A DNA stretch of 64,000 nt from Tricharina praecox (lineage: Eukaryota), in assembly GCF_024521635.1 (NCBI RefSeq), contig NW_026250439.1, positions 62,001 through 126,000 on the forward strand, written 5' to 3'. The position numbers and the translations under genes were made by a program. The notes under the pieces are model-generated. The model had not been told where the DNA came from, made no database searches, and saw nothing but the letters and a program-made list of their open reading frames with translations. Position 1 is the stretch's first letter, and each line of letters starts with the position of its first letter. This document shows positions 12,222 through 24,340 of this stretch, piece by piece.

Positions 12222-13661
12222 AACTATGAGGACTGTGCACCCAGTGCTTCTTGAGTCATTCGAATGTAGTTCTGTTCATCTTCCATGCATTTGGTGTGAT
12301 TTACAATTGGATTTAAAAAGGATCCGTAACAAGGATCTGTATGAAGAATGCACAGCATAGGGTAACCGGCCATTACAAGCATGCCAGACAGTGCTAAAGC
12401 ACTTTCCGACCTCCGCCCAGTGGTAGAAATATCACAATACTTCAAAAACCACAGTATGATAGACATTAAAACTTTGAGCTAGCAAAGAGAATACATTTAA
12501 AAACCTTTGCTTTGAATATAAAAAAAATCCGGCACCCAATAACCCATACTGATCTGGGCTAGACTAACTACCTCAAATCTCACTGCTACCACCCCCACCT
12601 GCTTTCAACTGTGAAGAGTCTTTCTCAAAGTGCTGTCAGGCAGTTGGAAATACGGGTTAGCAGGTGTATCTAGCCAAGGGATTACTTGCAGAGAATCTTC
12701 TGTGGTATCCTCTTCATGGTCTTCCCACTCGCTCAAGTGATTGTCGAGCACAACCACTCAATTTTGACGCGAGGCTGAACTTGCTGCCGGACTGTTAAAA
12801 CAAGTCCCAAGATGTGGTTAGAAGTGTAACAAGGTAAAGAGAAGAGGTACTTTACCTACGGAGTACATATTGCAACCATCTGGTACGTGTCTGGGGTAGT
12901 TTTCCAAAGTGAATCTGCTTGATAGGTTTGACGATGTGACACCCCGATAGGTATCGGAGGTCACGACGGTTGCAAGAGATGTGATTAGATAGTTCGGGTG
13001 ATTAGAATAGAGTTGCGAGCCGAAAGGATAGTTAGAAGCGATCAAGGACAAGATAGGAAGGAGGGAGCAAACGGATTCCAGAGTCTAGACAGTGATCGGA
13101 GATGCGGGTGATCGGGATAACAGTCCAGAGGACTCTGAGATCTCCGTTCATGGGGCCCCGCAGTAGGAACTCCGATCCAGGGAAAAACTGTTATGACGAG
13201 AGAATCGAACATCGACCGATGGGGGCAGACAACTTCGAGCGAAGAACTCTGCCGGCGCATGAGGGAGATAATTGCTCGGAAACTCCGATCCATCTTGGGC
13301 ACGTGGTGTTTACCACCTGCCTAGTCGAGAAGACTATCCGAAGAGAGCTGACGACGACTCAGGCTAGGCCGCGGAACTCCGATGCAAAGGAAGCAACGGA
13401 GCTACGTTAGGCCGCACTCTAGAGAAATCACGTGCTGAGGATCGGAACGACTATAAGTCGAACCGAGCGAGCAACCGAACCAAACAACCATCATCGCATC
13501 GAACAAACCATCGAACAAACACCCTTAAGATTATTCCGTTGTGAATTATCGAAATCCCTGACTTTTATTCTATACTCGATATTACCATAGACTCCGACGA
13601 CACAAACTCGTTCCAGTCTCACACTATAATCTTAAGGTTACAGTCACCGATTTCTATCAAA

Positions 13662-16229
13662 ATGTCCTCCTCAAACCTCGACATGCTCCGCCTCGAACTT
13701 CCTCAGACCCTGAGCAATCCGCTCGTTAGCATCCCGCAAGCATCCGAAACCGTCGAAGTACGAAACCCGGCAGCCTGGCTCAGGCTGAAGAACCACCAAT
13801 ATCAAACGGCACAAAGAGACCTGCGCCAACTTTACCAAGCATGCGATCAGAAGTTCAACGAAGAGGACTCCCGAATGCAGGAAATCAGAAGGAACTACGA
13901 ACAACTCTGCGATGGGGTCAAGTATGTGTACAACATCTACGCTCACAATGCCGAAATGAATACAGAATGGCTTCGAACCGAGCTGTCAACGGTAGCGAAC
14001 GCGACGCACGCCCTGAGCAGCGACGTATGTGTAACGGCACGGTCGGGCAAGGCTCCAGGTAGCGAAGTCGGGCTGGGGATCGGGTTCTGGGTTCGGTAGA
14101 GGCGAGACGGGTTCGGGGAACAAGGTGAGGCAGGGCTCAGTGCAGACGGCAACTGAGAACAGAGGCAGGGACAAGGACTACGGCGCAGACGGCAGCCGAG
14201 GCAAGGACAGAGGTAACAGTGGTTGAATTAACAAGTTGTTGCGTGAAGAACTAAATACAGAGGGGCAACGGCCCGTTTATATAGAAAATCCTCCACTTCT
14301 TCCCGCAACCTGACAATGACCGTGGGCGCGTGCCAGACCCTGAGAAATCCACCTTGCCAGTACCCCACTTCCGTGACTCATACCCTGCGCAGCCGCACTA
14401 CCCCTGCTTCCTGCACACAGCCCCAATCTCCTGCGACTCATTGCTGCGCTATCCCTGCTCCCTGCACACAGCCCCAAATCCTCTGCCACTCATCCTTGCA
14501 CTGCCGGTGCACTGCCTCTGCACTGCCCCCCAACTCTCCCGATCCCTATGCCGACCCTCCCTTTGTCATTTCATCGCGAGCCGTGACAGTATGGGCAGTC
14601 ATTCGAGAACGTAACCAGAAAGACGAAGACAACCGCGAGCTGCAAAGCGTCGCAAACGCTCGGCTACAAGACGCCATCGTGTTCCTCGAAACCGCGCAAG
14701 TCGAACAACGCAGGGAGCAAGCGGTGTACAACCGCAACGTGGAAATTTGGACAGGGAAACAGGAAGAGAAGGCAGAATACCTCTACAAGGAGCAACAGCG
14801 AATTAAGGAAAAAATCGCTCGAGCAGAGAAAAAATTGAAGGCTGTAGAGGTAAGGACAGGAAAGGCGAAGGAAAAGGCCCCAGAGTGGGTAAACACCACA
14901 CCAAGAGGAGGATCGCGGGCAGAAAGGTCAGCAACAAGGGCAACTCCGGCAGGTGCAGGAATGTCCCCTCCTCCTCCACCCCCAAGACGTCCGGTAACTA
15001 ACCTTGGAGGTGATCCCTCGGATGAGGAACCATCGGATGATGACGATTTCATCCCCTTGCCGTGTCGTTCGCCGCCCCGTCACCGACACGCTCCGCTACC
15101 AAGAGAAGACGACGAAGACGAAGAGAGTCGCTTCGCTCGGATCATCGCTGCTGCCGTCTCCGCATCGAACCCGAGGGCCATCAAGCTTAAAATGAAAGAG
15201 CCCAAGCCGTTCGATGGCAAGCAAAGGACAGCCTTCCGTCCATGGTGGGACTCAGTTGAAGAATATCTTGAGTTCCACCCAGAGACAAACGAGCAGCAGA
15301 AGATAGCGTGGGTGGGATCCTGACTGGAAGGAACAGCGGCAGAATGGCATCAGGCCCGTCGAAAAAGCCTGAGGCAGCTACACTTGGAAGATACCTGGCA
15401 GGCGTACCAAGAGGCACTCAAGGAGGCGTACCGCGACACACAGGAAGGAGCGAACGCATTAAGAAGGATGTGGGCCCTCGAATACAAAGGAGACATTCAG
15501 GCTTACATGACCTCCTTCCGATCGCTCAACATGATCGCTCGCGCCACCGGCGAACCACTACAAGACATAGTCAACCAGGCCATGACCACCGACATCGTCG
15601 ACATGTGCTTCAACCAGCACACCGAACCCTACGAAGACGATGAAGACTTCCTGGAAACGGTGCTCAGGGCTGGCAACCATGTGGAACGACGGGACGCGCT
15701 GAAGAAGGCAAGGGCAATGAGGAAAGGGGGATCGGGTAGCCAGGGTTCCGGCGACGACCGGAAGGGACCTGGCAACGGCCGGCAGGGCCAAGGAAAGGGC
15801 AGAGACCCCGGGGGCCGCAAGGAAAGCGGGGAGTCCCCGGAGGGCCGAAAGGCCAAGGAAGCAACAGGAGTCAGGAAGGGAAGGACAAGGGAAGGGGACA
15901 TCTACGTAGGAGCAAAGGAGGCTCTGGTAGGGGTTCCTCAGAAGGAGATCGATGCCCACAAAGCATCCAAATGCGACTGTTGGCGTTGCGGACGAGATGG
16001 CCACCGAACCTTCCAATGCTACGCCAGAAAAACAGTCGCGGGTACCGAACTCCCCGAGAGTCCAAAGGTGTCATCCGTGACAAAGAGAAAGCGTGACACC
16101 CAAGATGCCGAACCCACTCGACCAAGGTCCAAGCAACACAAAGCTGCGGCGGTTGTGGTGGAGGATGAAGCAATGACGGAGGCGCCTCCATTCTGGGAAA
16201 GGAATGAGAGCGAGCCGGAGGATTTTTGA
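13662..16229 (+). pseudogene. gag: Gag with CCHC zinc knuckle, interrupted
   Basis: CWRCGRDGHRTFQC knuckle; solo LTR at 14030-14588 and an in-frame TGA at 15321-15323. Confidence 0.93.
14030..14588 (-). mobile_element. Solo LTR, family A, in gag
   Basis: TSD GTATG; the gag frame is restored when the LTR and one TSD are removed (SSDV|WAVIRE). Confidence 0.96.
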
Positions 16230-19200
16230 GCGGCCCCAGCACTCCGCAGACTGGACGGCAAGGTGTATATATTTGCGGAACGAAGAGACCACGGCCTCAG
16301 GATATCGACAGCGAATCCAGAGATAAGCGAAGACGAACGGATCAACCTATTTCTACGAGTCCAACCGCGCCGAGCGCCTCAGGGTGTGAGCCCCCAAAAC
16401 CTGTCAGCGGACCACGACCAATCATAGAAATGATGCTCCTCTGGTCTGAGCACAAGCGACGACGGATCCGAGTACTCCTCGACACAGGATGTGCCATTCC
16501 GATCATCAAACGAAACCTTGCACGAGAACTTGGGTTGCCCCTCATTCAACGACCTAAGCCGGTGGAAATCAAGGACTTCCACGTAACCATAGTGGAAGGA
16601 GCTGGGGAATATTATACAATGCCGATGCTCCTCCAACACCGGAGACACTACACCAACGAAACCTTCGAAGTGGCTCCCTTGGACGACTGCGATGCCTACC
16701 TCCCGTATTGGTGGATGGCTAAGCATGAACCGACAGGGTTGTGGGAGAATGAAGCACAGAAAATTCGCTTCACCAGCACACGATGCAAGGAACAATGCAC
16801 CTTGCAACAAGCAACCAGCTTTCCGATGGAAGTTGACACGTCTGTCGTTCACAATTCGGAGGCTCGCATTATCGGATACGTCTCAGCTGGCCCGGAATCA
16901 GATCCACCCATCAATCTGCTTCCGGAGAAGTTCAGACGATATGCCAACATCATGAGCAACGAAGCAGCCGATAAGCTTCCCGACCACAAGTCCTACGACC
17001 ACGCAATCGATCTCAAGGAAGGAGAGACTCCTCCATGGGGTCCTATCTATACGCTGTCAGAGAAAGAACTTGAGGCCCTCAGGGAGTGGCTCAAGGAGAT
17101 GCTCCAGACAGGCAAGATTCGAAGATCCAAATCACCAGCCGGGGCGCCGATATTATTTGTACCAAAGGTGCACGGCAGGGGTCTCCGATTGTGTGTCGAC
17201 TATCGCGGTATCAACAAGATTACCGTAGCCAATCGCTACCCACTCCCGATCATGGTAGAGTTGCAAGACCGAGTCAGGGGTGCGAAAGTCTTCACCAAGA
17301 TTGATCTGAAGAATGGCTATCACCTTATCCGCATCAAGGAAGGTGACGAGTGGAAGACGGCTTTCCGCTGTCGATACGGACTATTTGAGTTTTTGGTCAT
17401 GCCGTTTGGGCTGACCAACGCTCCAGCGACGTTTCAGGACATGATTAACCACATATTTCGGGATATGTTGGACCTGGGACTGGTCGCGTACATCGATGAC
17501 CTCCTCATCTATGCTAAGACGCACGAGGAGCATGACAAGATAGTCATCGAAGTACTAAAGAGGTTGGAAGAAAATAAGTTGGCAATCTCACCAGAGAAGT
17601 GTGTCTGGTCGACAGGGAGAGTCGAGTTCCTAGGATACGTGATATCCCAAGATGATATTGAGATGGCTAAGGACAAGGTGGAATCTGTGCTCTCGTGGGA
17701 GGCGCCGCGGTCCCTGAAGGAAGTACAAGCCTTTCTTGGGTTCGCCAATTTTTACAGGCGCTTCATCAAGGATTTCTCAAAGATCACGAGACCCTTGACC
17801 GAGAGCACAAAAGAAAAAGGGAAAGATTGGTGTGAGACTGGAACGATTTCGGTCGTCGGAGTCGATTGATAGAATAGGATAAGAATGAAGATAGATAGTA
17901 TTCTTTCTTTCACAAGCGGAATAATCTTAAGGGGTAGTGTCGATGGTTTTCTGGTTGCTGATTCCGATGATGAATCTTTCACCGTGTCGTCGGAAGTCTA
18001 TATAGTTGGGTGATTTGATCGAGTCACGTGCCAGCTGTTGCCGTAGCTTGTTGCCGGATGGAACCCTGGCGTGAAATCTCTGCACTTGGTGCGGAGACTT
18101 TCTCCACCATGTCATCAGAGTCGTCGTAAGCCTTCAGGATAGTTTATACAAACTAGGCAGGTATGGCGCACCAATCCTTACCCGAGCATAGTCCGGTTTC
18201 AGCTATCTCCTCGCTGGGCAACGGCTGCGCCTTTCGGCACGGCTCTTATTTGCTTAAGACGCGAGAAGAGGGGCAACACTCGTCATAGTGGTTTTTCTCC
18301 GATCAGAGTTTTCTCTGCGCTTGTTCCGCGATTCGCCTGCCTCAAGTCAAGGATGACTGTATCGGACTTTTCGTGCGTATCGCTGCGCCTCCGATCCCAC
18401 CTAGACTCTGGTTCCGTTTGCTTCCTTCCTTACTATCTCGTCTCTGACTAGCTACGACTAATCTAAAAGGTTCCCTCTTGTTCCCCGATCTATCTAACTA
18501 TTTTCCTGAACTCCCGTTGGTAAGCAGCCGGACTCTGAAGTCGGGCCGACTGCGACCAGGGTGTCACAATTGGAGATGGACAGGGGAGATGGAACTGGCC
18601 TTCGAGGAGCTGAAGTCTAGGTTCACCACAGCACCGATTCTCGGGCACTTCAACCCAGAATTACCTGTCGTGGTGGAATCCGACGCTTCGGACTTCGCCT
18701 TGGGCGCGGTCCTGTCTCAAAGGGCAGAGGATGGGAAGTTACACCCAGTTGCGTTCCACTCAAGAAAGTTTACCCCAGCCGAAATCAACTTTGAGATTCA
18801 CGATAAGGAACTACTCGCGATAGTAGACTCTTTCAAACGCTGGCGGCAATACCTCGAGGGAGCAAAACACCAGATCCAGGTGTACAGCGACCACCAGAAC
18901 CTTGAGTACTTCACAACCACGAAAGTACTCAATCGACGGCAGGCGAGATGGGCACAAGAACTCGCTGGCATCGAATTCAAAATCTACTACCGGCCCGGCA
19001 GCCAGAACGGCAAGCCTGACGCATTATCCAGGCGCCCGGAGTACCGCCCTGAAAAAGGGGGGGTGAAGATCAGCCGATTACGACGATCCTGCATAAATCA
19101 CACTTTGCAGGCGATGATTCGAGAGTTTCATCAATCAGCACCGGAGGCGAAAGCACCGTGTTCCTGGTTTCGACAACTCGGCTACAATCAATCCCCGTGC

Positions 19201-20777
19201 CAAAGTGGAATGAAGAATTTCTGGGTTGGGTCAGGAAGGCAGGAAAGGAAGATGCTGGGTATCAGGAAGCTCTGAGTAGCATCAAGGACACGAACGAGGA
19301 CGCGGCTCAGAAGGACACTGAGTCGGAGGGCCGAAAGGCCTGGGAACTGGCCGCCGAGAGTAGGGACTCCGGCAGGATGGGTCGAAAGGCCAGGATTTTG
19401 AGGATGGAAGAGGGGTGCCTGTATAGGAAAGAAAGGCTATGGGTACCAGACGACAAGGAACTCGTCAGACACATCCTCAAGTCGAAACACGATACGAAAG
19501 TCGCGGGGCATATGGGCCAGGACAAGACTATCGAACTTATCCGACGCAATTTCTGGTGGCCGAAGATGGACGAGCAGATTATAGACTTCGTCCGGAGTTG
19601 CGCGCAGTGTCAGAAGGACAAAGCAACAAGGCACCAGCCGTATGGACTACTCAATCCCCTCTTGTTACCATACACCCCATGGCAATCAATAGCCATGGAC
19701 TTCATCACCGACCTACCGGAATCCAACGGATGCGACCAGCTATGGGTGGTCGTCGACCGCTTCACCAAGATGGCGCATTTCATCCCCCTACCTAAGGATG
19801 GAAAGATAGCCGAGGATCTCGCGAAGATTTTTGCCCGCGAGATATGGCGCTTTCACGGATTACCAGCAGACATAGTGCCGGACGGAGACTCACGGTTTAC
19901 CTCGGGTACATGGAAAGAATTCATCCGGCTGCTAGGCATTAAGCCCCGGATGTCAACAGCGTTCCACCCACAGACGGATGGACAAACCGAACGCCTCAAC
20001 CAGACGATCGAAGCATACCTCCGCTCCTTCGTCAACTACGAGCAGAACGATTGGGTGAATCTCCTACCGATGGCTGAGTTTGCCTACAACAACTCGGTTA
20101 CATCGGCAACTGGCATGTCGCCCTTCTACGCGAATTTCGGATACCACCCGTCGGCGACAAACCCTGCTGCGGCAAATTCTCTCAACCCCGCCAGCAAGGT
20201 CTACGCTCACTGGATGCATACAGTCCACGAGGAAAACATCAAGACCCTCGAACGAACGCGCGAACGAATGCGCAAGTATGCAGATCAACATCGTCAGGAG
20301 GCACCGGCTTATCAAGTAGGAGACTTGGTAATGCTCAATGGGCGGAACATTCAAACCCGCCGACCCTCGCGGAAGTTGGACCACAAGAACCATGGTCCCT
20401 TCCAAATCGAGAAGATCGTATCGCCGCTCGCTGTCAAGCTCACTCTGCCAAGGAAGTGGAAGATTCATAATGTCTTTCACGTCTCGCTCTTTGAACCATT
20501 CCGAGCCGGCACCCGAGCACCACCGGATCCCTCTCAAATCTTACGAGAGGCCGATGATGTGGAAGGCAACGAAGAATACGATGTCGATGAGGTTATGGGC
20601 AGCTCGAAGAAAGGTCGACGAGTGCTCTACCTCGTGAAATGGCTCAACTATCCCGAACGACGGGACTGGACGAACGAGCCATTCGACAACTTCTCAGTAG
20701 GCGGTCGGGAAAAGCTACGCAAGTTTCATCGCAAAAATCCCGATGCGCCGAGGGACTACCGGCTCACAGATGAGTAA
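16226..20777 (+). pseudogene. pol: Pol (protease, RT, RNase H, integrase, chromodomain), interrupted
   Basis: LLDTGC, YIDD, ESDAS, zinc-binding region H...H...CAQC, MDFITDLP/GQTER, GPF module, YLVKWLNY chromodomain. Solo LTR at 17831-18568 and a one-base frameshift in the G-run near 19057-19063. Confidence 0.96.
17831..18568 (-). mobile_element. Solo LTR, family B, in pol
   Basis: TSD ATTGG; removal restores [15 protein letters not shown]. Confidence 0.96.
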
Positions 20778-21613
20778 GAGTTTTTTCCCATGTGGTTTTC
20801 TCGAACTCGGGCAGGTAGTAGGATGAAGGGGTTGGAGGACTTCATCCACAGTTATCAAGTTAGGATAAAGGCGAGGACTTGGGTGCTTCGGGCCGAAGCC
20901 TCGTGGGAGGGGAGATGGTGTGACACCCCGATAGGTATCGAAGGTCACGACGGTTGCAAGAGATGTGATTAGATAGTTCGGGTGATTAGAATAGAGTTGC
21001 GAGCCAAAAGGATAGTTAGAAGCGATCAAGGACAAGATAGGAAGGAGGGAGCAAACGGATTCCAGAGTCTAGACAGTGATCGGAGATGCGGGTGATCGGG
21101 ATAACAGTCCAGAGGACTCTGAGATCTCCGTTCATAGGGCCCCGCAGTAGGAACTCCGATCCAGGGAAAAACTGTTATGACGAGAGAATCGAACATCGAC
21201 CGATGGGGGCAGACAACTTCGAGCGAAGAACTCTGCCGGCGCATGAGGGAGATAATTGCTCGGAAACTCCGATCCATCTTGGGCGAGTGGTGTTTACCAC
21301 CTCCCTAGTCGAGAAGACTATCCGAAGAGAGCTGACGACGACTCAAGGCTAGGCCGCGGAACTCTAATGCAAAGGAAGCAACGGAGCTACGTTAGGCCGC
21401 ACTCTAGAGAAATCACGTGCTGAGGATCGGAACGACTATAAGTCCAACCGAGCAAGCAACCGAACCAAACAACCATCATCGCATCGAACAAACCATCGAA
21501 CAAACACCCTTAAGATTATTCCGTTGTGAATTATCGAAATCCCTGACTTGTATTCTATACTCGATATTACCATAGACTCCGACGACACAAACTCGTTCCA
21601 GTCTCACAGACGA

Positions 21614-21865
21614 AGATGTCAAGTTCAATCAGGACGCTCGTTGCTTAGTGCATGGTGTAGTGCATGGTGTAGTACTCCTTGCAACTTGTGCTGTCAAAGC
21701 AGATGCTTGTCCCTTCGTTGGTCCCGAACTTGAACAGTTGATGTTTTGCCATCCACCAATAGGAGAGGTAGGCATCACAATCGCCCAGTGGGGTGATTTC
21801 GAAAGTTTCGGTGGAGTAATGCTTCCGGTGCTGAAGAATCATTGGCATTGAGTATTATTCACCAG
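21614..21865 (-). pseudogene. Old Gypsy protease relic
   Basis: MPMILQHRKHYSTETFEITPLGDCDAYLSYWWMAKH matches the protease region at ~16620-16730. Confidence 0.85.
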
Positions 21866-22704
21866 TGTCACGGCTCACAACGGAACGTTCGAGGAAGAGT
21901 CGGAACAGGGGTTGGAAGGCAGCGCAGGGCCTGCGCAGGCGGCTGCGCAGGCGGCAATGCAGGAATGAGTCGGAGGAATTGGGGCTGTGTGTTGGAGACA
22001 GGGGTAGCGCGGCAGCGCAGGCTGTGAGTCACTGGAGCGGGGGTAGCGGCGAGGAGGATTTCTCAGGGTCTGGCACACGCCCACGGTCATTGTCAGGTTG
22101 CGGGAAGAAGTGGAGGATTTCCTATATAAACGGGCCGGCGCCCCTCTGTAATTAGTTCTTCACGCAACAACTTGTTAATTCAACCACTGTTACCTCTGTC
22201 CTTGCCTCGGCTGCCGTCTGCGCCATAGTCCTTGTCCCTGCCTCTGTTCTCAGTTGCCGTCTGCACTGAGCCCTGCCTCACCTTGTCCCCTGAACCCGTC
22301 TTGCCTCTGCCGAACCTAGAACCCGATTCCGAGCCCGACTTCGCTACCTGGAGCCTTGCCCGACCGTGCCGTTACAGTGGATTTCTCAGGGTCTGGCACA
22401 CGCTCACAGTCATTGTTAGGTTGCGGGAAGAAGTGGAGGATTTTCTATATAAACGGGCCGTCACCCCTGTGTACTTAGTTCTTCACGCAACAACTTATGA
22501 ATCCAACAACTGTCACCTCTGTCCTTGCTTCGGCTGCCGTCTGCACCGTAGTTCCTGTTCCCGCCCATGCCCCTGAGTTGCTGTCTGCACTGAGTCCTGT
22601 CTTGCCTCGTCTTTCCGTCTTGCCTCGCCCTTGCCCAACCCAGTTCCTGTCCATCTGTCCACCTGTCTTCTCTACCTGGAGCCCAGCCCAACCGTGCCAT
22701 TACA
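21866..22704 (+). repeat. Family-A LTR (21866-22376) followed by a partial second A LTR
   Basis: TGTCACGG...CCGTTACA, then an R/U5 copy ending ATTACA at 22704. No matching TSD. Confidence 0.88.
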
Positions 22705-23119
22705 CCTGGAGAAGATCCAATTTGGGACTGACTCCCCAATCGTCTAGCTGCATACACTAGTCCGGAAGAGCTTTTTCCATAGCAAAGCTAAGCACCGCTC
22801 TTTCGGCCAGAGCATTGTGGATATCCACCTATGCCGAAGTGTCTTTTGTTCTCCTTCTTCTGTTTAACTTGTTTGGAAAGTTTATCAAGTGCTATGATGT
22901 GGTAGTATGATGTGGTAGTATGAGTGTCAAGGAACTTTTACTGGTTTACTGGAATAGGCAGGGTCAAGTACGGGCTTAGTTGAAGCTAAACAGTGTCCGG
23001 GTTCTTTATAATGGCAGGTTACCCTATGCTATATAGTTCCCTTCAAGAATAGTAGGCAAATAGAGCTAGACGCAAATAAATTGCTTAATAAAAGCTAAGT
23101 TGTTCCTGCTCTCACAGTT

Positions 23120-23191
23120 GGGGGTGTGGTTTAGTGGTATAATTCCTCTTTAGCATAGAGGCGGTCCAGGGTTCGATTCCCTGCTCCTCCA
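23120..23191 (+). tRNA. tRNA-Ala(AGC)
   Basis: Identical to the reverse complement of 12150-12221. Confidence 0.95.
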
Positions 23192-23834
23192 GTATTTTGG
23201 AGTTTTGGCATCCCAATCGGAAGTTATTGCGCACATTCGTTTAGTTTTGCTACATAGGGGTCTTTTCGGTTGGCTTTCGCTTTTGCTTCTCTCATGCATG
23301 CGTCATCCATGTGCATACATAACCCTGCGTTAGAAGGGAGGCCGTGATGCGGGCCTTGGCCCGCACTCAAGCGCTGCAACAAGCATATCATAGCTGAGCT
23401 TGGTTGTTGAATCCTTGGTGGATCTGCAGGTGAAACTTCAGCCCCAGCCACAGCGATCGTGGCTGGTAATGTGGTTCGAGTGTTGTCTCGTGGAGCGGGC
23501 GTACCTCCGCTATCACTACCGCTAACCATATACGGTCAAGCTTGTCACCCATTGTGTTCTCGAATACTGCGATGAATTCATAATGCTCGGAGCGCCGCCG
23601 AACCCAGCGGGCCTCGTACGTAGTTGACAACGCACTGACGGGTTATAGGAATATATAGTCGTTCCGAAATCTACAAGTGATAAGTCTCGCCCGTGGAGCC
23701 ACTTTTCGACAGACAGCTTTCAGGACCGAAACCACCTGCCAATACCTAGTATCGTACATACCTACTCGTCGGTCCGCCATTGCTCCTCCTCCAGCCAACC
23801 GATCAACCAAATCATCACCACGCCGGAAGATACC

Positions 23835-24340
23835 ATGTCAGAACACCGGTCCAGCACGCCAGGTAGGTGGCTCACAGTCCCCACCGCCTCCGCCGTCCTA
23901 CATACCTACATAGGCACGCAATACTAACAAACCTAGCCTCCCCTACCGACCTGGTGCAGATTTTCCTGTCGGCGTGCACGTTGCTGGTCGCGATCGTGGG
24001 TGTGACACTGGAGTATGCGCGGCGGCGTCGCCGCCGCCGCCAATTGCTCGCTCATAATCCCACCACCAACAGCAATCTGGAGAGCTCGGTAGCGGTGGTA
24101 GAGGCACTCGCGGAATACGGAGATGTCACTGGCGGTGGCACTTCGACGTCTGCAGCCGCGGGCGAGGGCGAGGGCGAGGTCGCCCGGTACATCCATAGAG
24201 TACTGGCGCTCTGCGTGCTTCTTTGGCGACTTGCCCTGGCGCTGGCGATGCGGATCGCGACTGGGTGCGGATTGGGCGTTGATGGCTGGGGTGGTAGACG
24301 GGCGGTATGCATACTTTCGTGGTTTGGCTACGGCACATAG
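23835..24340 (+). CDS. Small single-TM protein family, member 1 (143 aa; exons 23835-23862, 23937-24340)
   Basis: Intron GTAGGT...TACTAAC...TAG. Protein MSEHRSSTPASPTDLVQIFLSACTLLVAIVGVTLEYARRRRRRR... Paralogues at 27113 and 56651. Confidence 0.75.

Larger units (their letters stand above)
12935..21608 (+). mobile_element. Structurally complete Ty3/Gypsy chromovirus (family C), inactivated
   Basis: LTRs 12935-13623 and 20919-21608 (~98% identical by eye), TSD GACGA, PPT GGGAGGGGAGATGG before 20919, domain order gag-PR-RT-RH-IN-chromodomain. Confidence 0.98.

Noticed and set aside
4614..14614. Recurrent short ORFs such as MTVGVCQTLRNPP and MLLCSRIIAGE
   Set aside because: They recur only because they lie inside LTR copies; no coding signature.
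19051..19063. AAAAAGGGGGGG in pol as a second programmed frameshift
   Set aside because: One extra G restores EKGGGEDQP in frame, so a homopolymer deletion or sequencing error is simpler.
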